This document shows, piece by piece, positions 39,418 through 64,000 of a stretch of DNA of 64,000 bases. A program made the position numbers and the translations under genes. Every line of letters begins with the position of its first letter. Positions within the stretch are counted from its first letter, which is position 1. This stretch comes from Eledone cirrhosa (lineage: Eukaryota): contig OZ024764.1 in assembly GCA_964016885.1 (NCBI GenBank), positions 11,842,001 to 11,906,000 of the forward strand, in the 5' to 3' direction. The notes beneath the pieces were generated by a model. The model had not been told where the DNA came from, did not search any database, and saw only the letters and a program-made list of their open reading frames with translations.

Positions 39418-39453
39418 TACAGAATAATCAAAACTATGTTCAAAATATTTAAT

Positions 39454-39500
39454 TGCTGACAATCGTTTCTTCCAAACTTTCGCTTGGGATCATCAGAGCA
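39454..39500 (-). ncRNA. Minimal type I hammerhead ribozyme motif (Penelope-like), sense to the UNC5 transcript
   Basis: Minus strand: ugcu-CUGAUGA-ucccaagc-gaaa-guuuggaa-GAAA-cgauu-GUC-agca. 4-bp stem I, GNRA-capped stem II, short near-palindromic stem III. Confidence 0.7.
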
Positions 39501-39774
39501 CTAGCAAAGTTTAGACATATAATTAACCTCCTATTCCACAAAACAATCGTAAAGATACATAGATGTTAGTGTTGTCATTAGCAGTGTCATATTTAAAGGG
39601 TGAAGATGATGTGTCAGTATCAGTGGAAGCGACAAAGATTATAAAAGAATAATACAACAATTATAGAGGAATTAAAGAAGAAAGTTTCTCGCAAAATGAG
39701 GACATTAGCGGTACATATGTAAGTGTATAGAAAGAGTGAAGATGTGTTAGGCATGTACAGAATAACCTGGTTGT

Positions 39775-39799
<25 letters not shown>

Positions 39800-39831
<32 letters not shown>

Positions 39832-40240
39832 GTTTAACGTCCATCTTCCACGCTAGCATGGGTTTAGACGGGAATTGTCCCACTTGAGGCAAGATTGGTT
39901 GTCTTGCTCGTATAGGACTGTCTGGCAGGTTTTCTACAGTTGGATGCCCTTCCCAACACCAACCACATTTACAGTGTGGACTGAGAGGTTTTTACCGTGT
40001 TACCTACACGGCCACATTACAGCGTGGACTGTGTGTTTCTTTTGTCGTGACACCTACACAACCTCATTTGTTTCGGACTGGATGTTGTGGTACCAACATA
40101 ACTTACATTGAAAGGGGGTGGTGTGGATGGGGTTGGGTTAGTGGGACGGGGGTGTATTTTGGTTAAGAGGTGCCTACTGACTGTAGGTTTCGCTTTGTAC
40201 TTAGGCAAGGCGGGTCTTCTGTATTACTGCGTAGCACCAA
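39800..40240 (-). mobile_element. RTE 3' UTR fragment with (CAT)n tail
   Basis: Homologous to 1165-1560. Confidence 0.85.
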
Positions 40241-40257
40241 TATATATCTATATATAT

Positions 40258-40655
40258 ATCATCATCATCATCATCATCATTCGTCGACTACTGTCGAGAT
40301 GACGGATCTCACTCCCATGCCCCAGAATTCCCTGTCCCCCATCGCTGCCCCCAGGTCCTGTCTACTGATTCCCGTATCCCTAGAGGTAACGTCAGGGAAT
40401 GACAGCTTCCTACTCCTAGTCAGGCTGGAGTCAGGGTCCCAGAGCAAGAGAGCGGATATGATTTCATTGCTGGCACGGTGACAGTGGCCAGCAAATTGAG
40501 CTCTCCGGGATTTTAGAAGGGCAGAGGCTCGAGGGAGTTTGCCATAGATTTTAGACAAGGTGGGATGTCGTTTCCAGGATAGGTTTTGCACTCTCATTAA
40601 GAGGCGGGTATATGTGCCATCCAATCTCCTCTCAGGTTGTGATGTTAGTGTCCAA
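40258..40655 (-). mobile_element. RTE-group LINE 3' coding end
   Basis: TWTLT..ERRLDGTYTRLLMRVQNLSWK...RRAQFAGHCHR; (CAT)n tail. Confidence 0.8.
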
Positions 40656-40679
40656 GTATATATATATACATATATGTCT

Positions 40680-41010
40680 GGAGGCACATGGCTTAGTGGT
40701 TAGAGCATTGGCCTTTCAATCGAAAGGTTGTGAGTTCAATTCTCAGACCGGGTGATGTGTTGTTTCCTTGAGCAAGACACTTTATTTCACATTGCTCCAG
40801 TTTACTCAGCTGTAGAAATGAGATGATAGGGACTGGGGTCCCCATCATTCCACTGCAAAGTGGTCGTGGAGGTGCCACGGCAAAAAAGCACCCAGCACTC
40901 ACCGTAAATGAGGTTGGCGTTAGGAAGTGCATCCAGCTGTAGACATCAAGCCAGAATCAGTTCCCGTCCCACCCTTGCAAGCAGGGAAAAGTGGACATAA
41001 AATGAAATAA
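40680..41010 (+). mobile_element. tRNA-derived SINE with CORE-like body and RTE-derived tail
   Basis: A box tggcttagtggttagagc, B box gagttcaattct, body tccttgagcaagacactt, tail ggttggcgttaggaag..catccagctgtag. Confidence 0.82.
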
Positions 41011-41105
41011 TAATAATACATATATGTCACACCCTGTCATCACACATTTATTCACCATCAGACATTAATGTGGCAGGAAAGAAAGAAGGAAGGAGGGTAA
41101 CTTAC

Positions 41106-63914
<22,809 letters not shown>

Positions 63915-64000
63915 CTGAAATATACAAGAGGGGAAAATAGAATACAGTAAATAACAGTAATAGTTTCTACGTTTGGCACAAGGCCAGCAATTACCCCAGT

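Noticed and set aside
40680-40760. tRNA gene candidates (also 29822 and 56500)
   Set aside because: The A and B boxes continue into SINE bodies, and there is no acceptor stem or cloverleaf.

Overview
Repeat-saturated, intron-rich animal genomic DNA, most likely from an octopod cephalopod (inferred from the RTE/SINE/Penelope repeat types and the abundant (TA)n). The one clear host gene is an UNC5 netrin receptor on the minus strand. I could read eight phase-compatible GT-AG exons, from the transmembrane exon (63762-63914) through ZU5 and UPA (last recognised exon 41106-41276). No death-domain exon was recognisable in the remaining 41 kb. The rest is decayed RTE, L1/Tx1, CRE-like and Penelope-like retroelements, tRNA-derived SINEs, local segmental duplications and many tandem arrays. 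Main observations: (1) an 11.5-kb satellite built from the endonuclease-coding end of a CRE-like retrotransposon, one of at least seven arrays built from short mobile-element fragments; (2) intronic hammerhead-ribozyme motifs, one sense to the UNC5 pre-mRNA just after the last recognised exon; (3) duplicated decoy splice acceptors and partial exons of UNC5; (4) a ~670-bp inverted duplication bracketing five UNC5 exons; (5) an unclassified ~2.7-kb insert with clustered octamer and B-box motifs. Most long ORFs in the supplied track are microsatellite artefacts. All family assignments come from motif recognition, not database searches.
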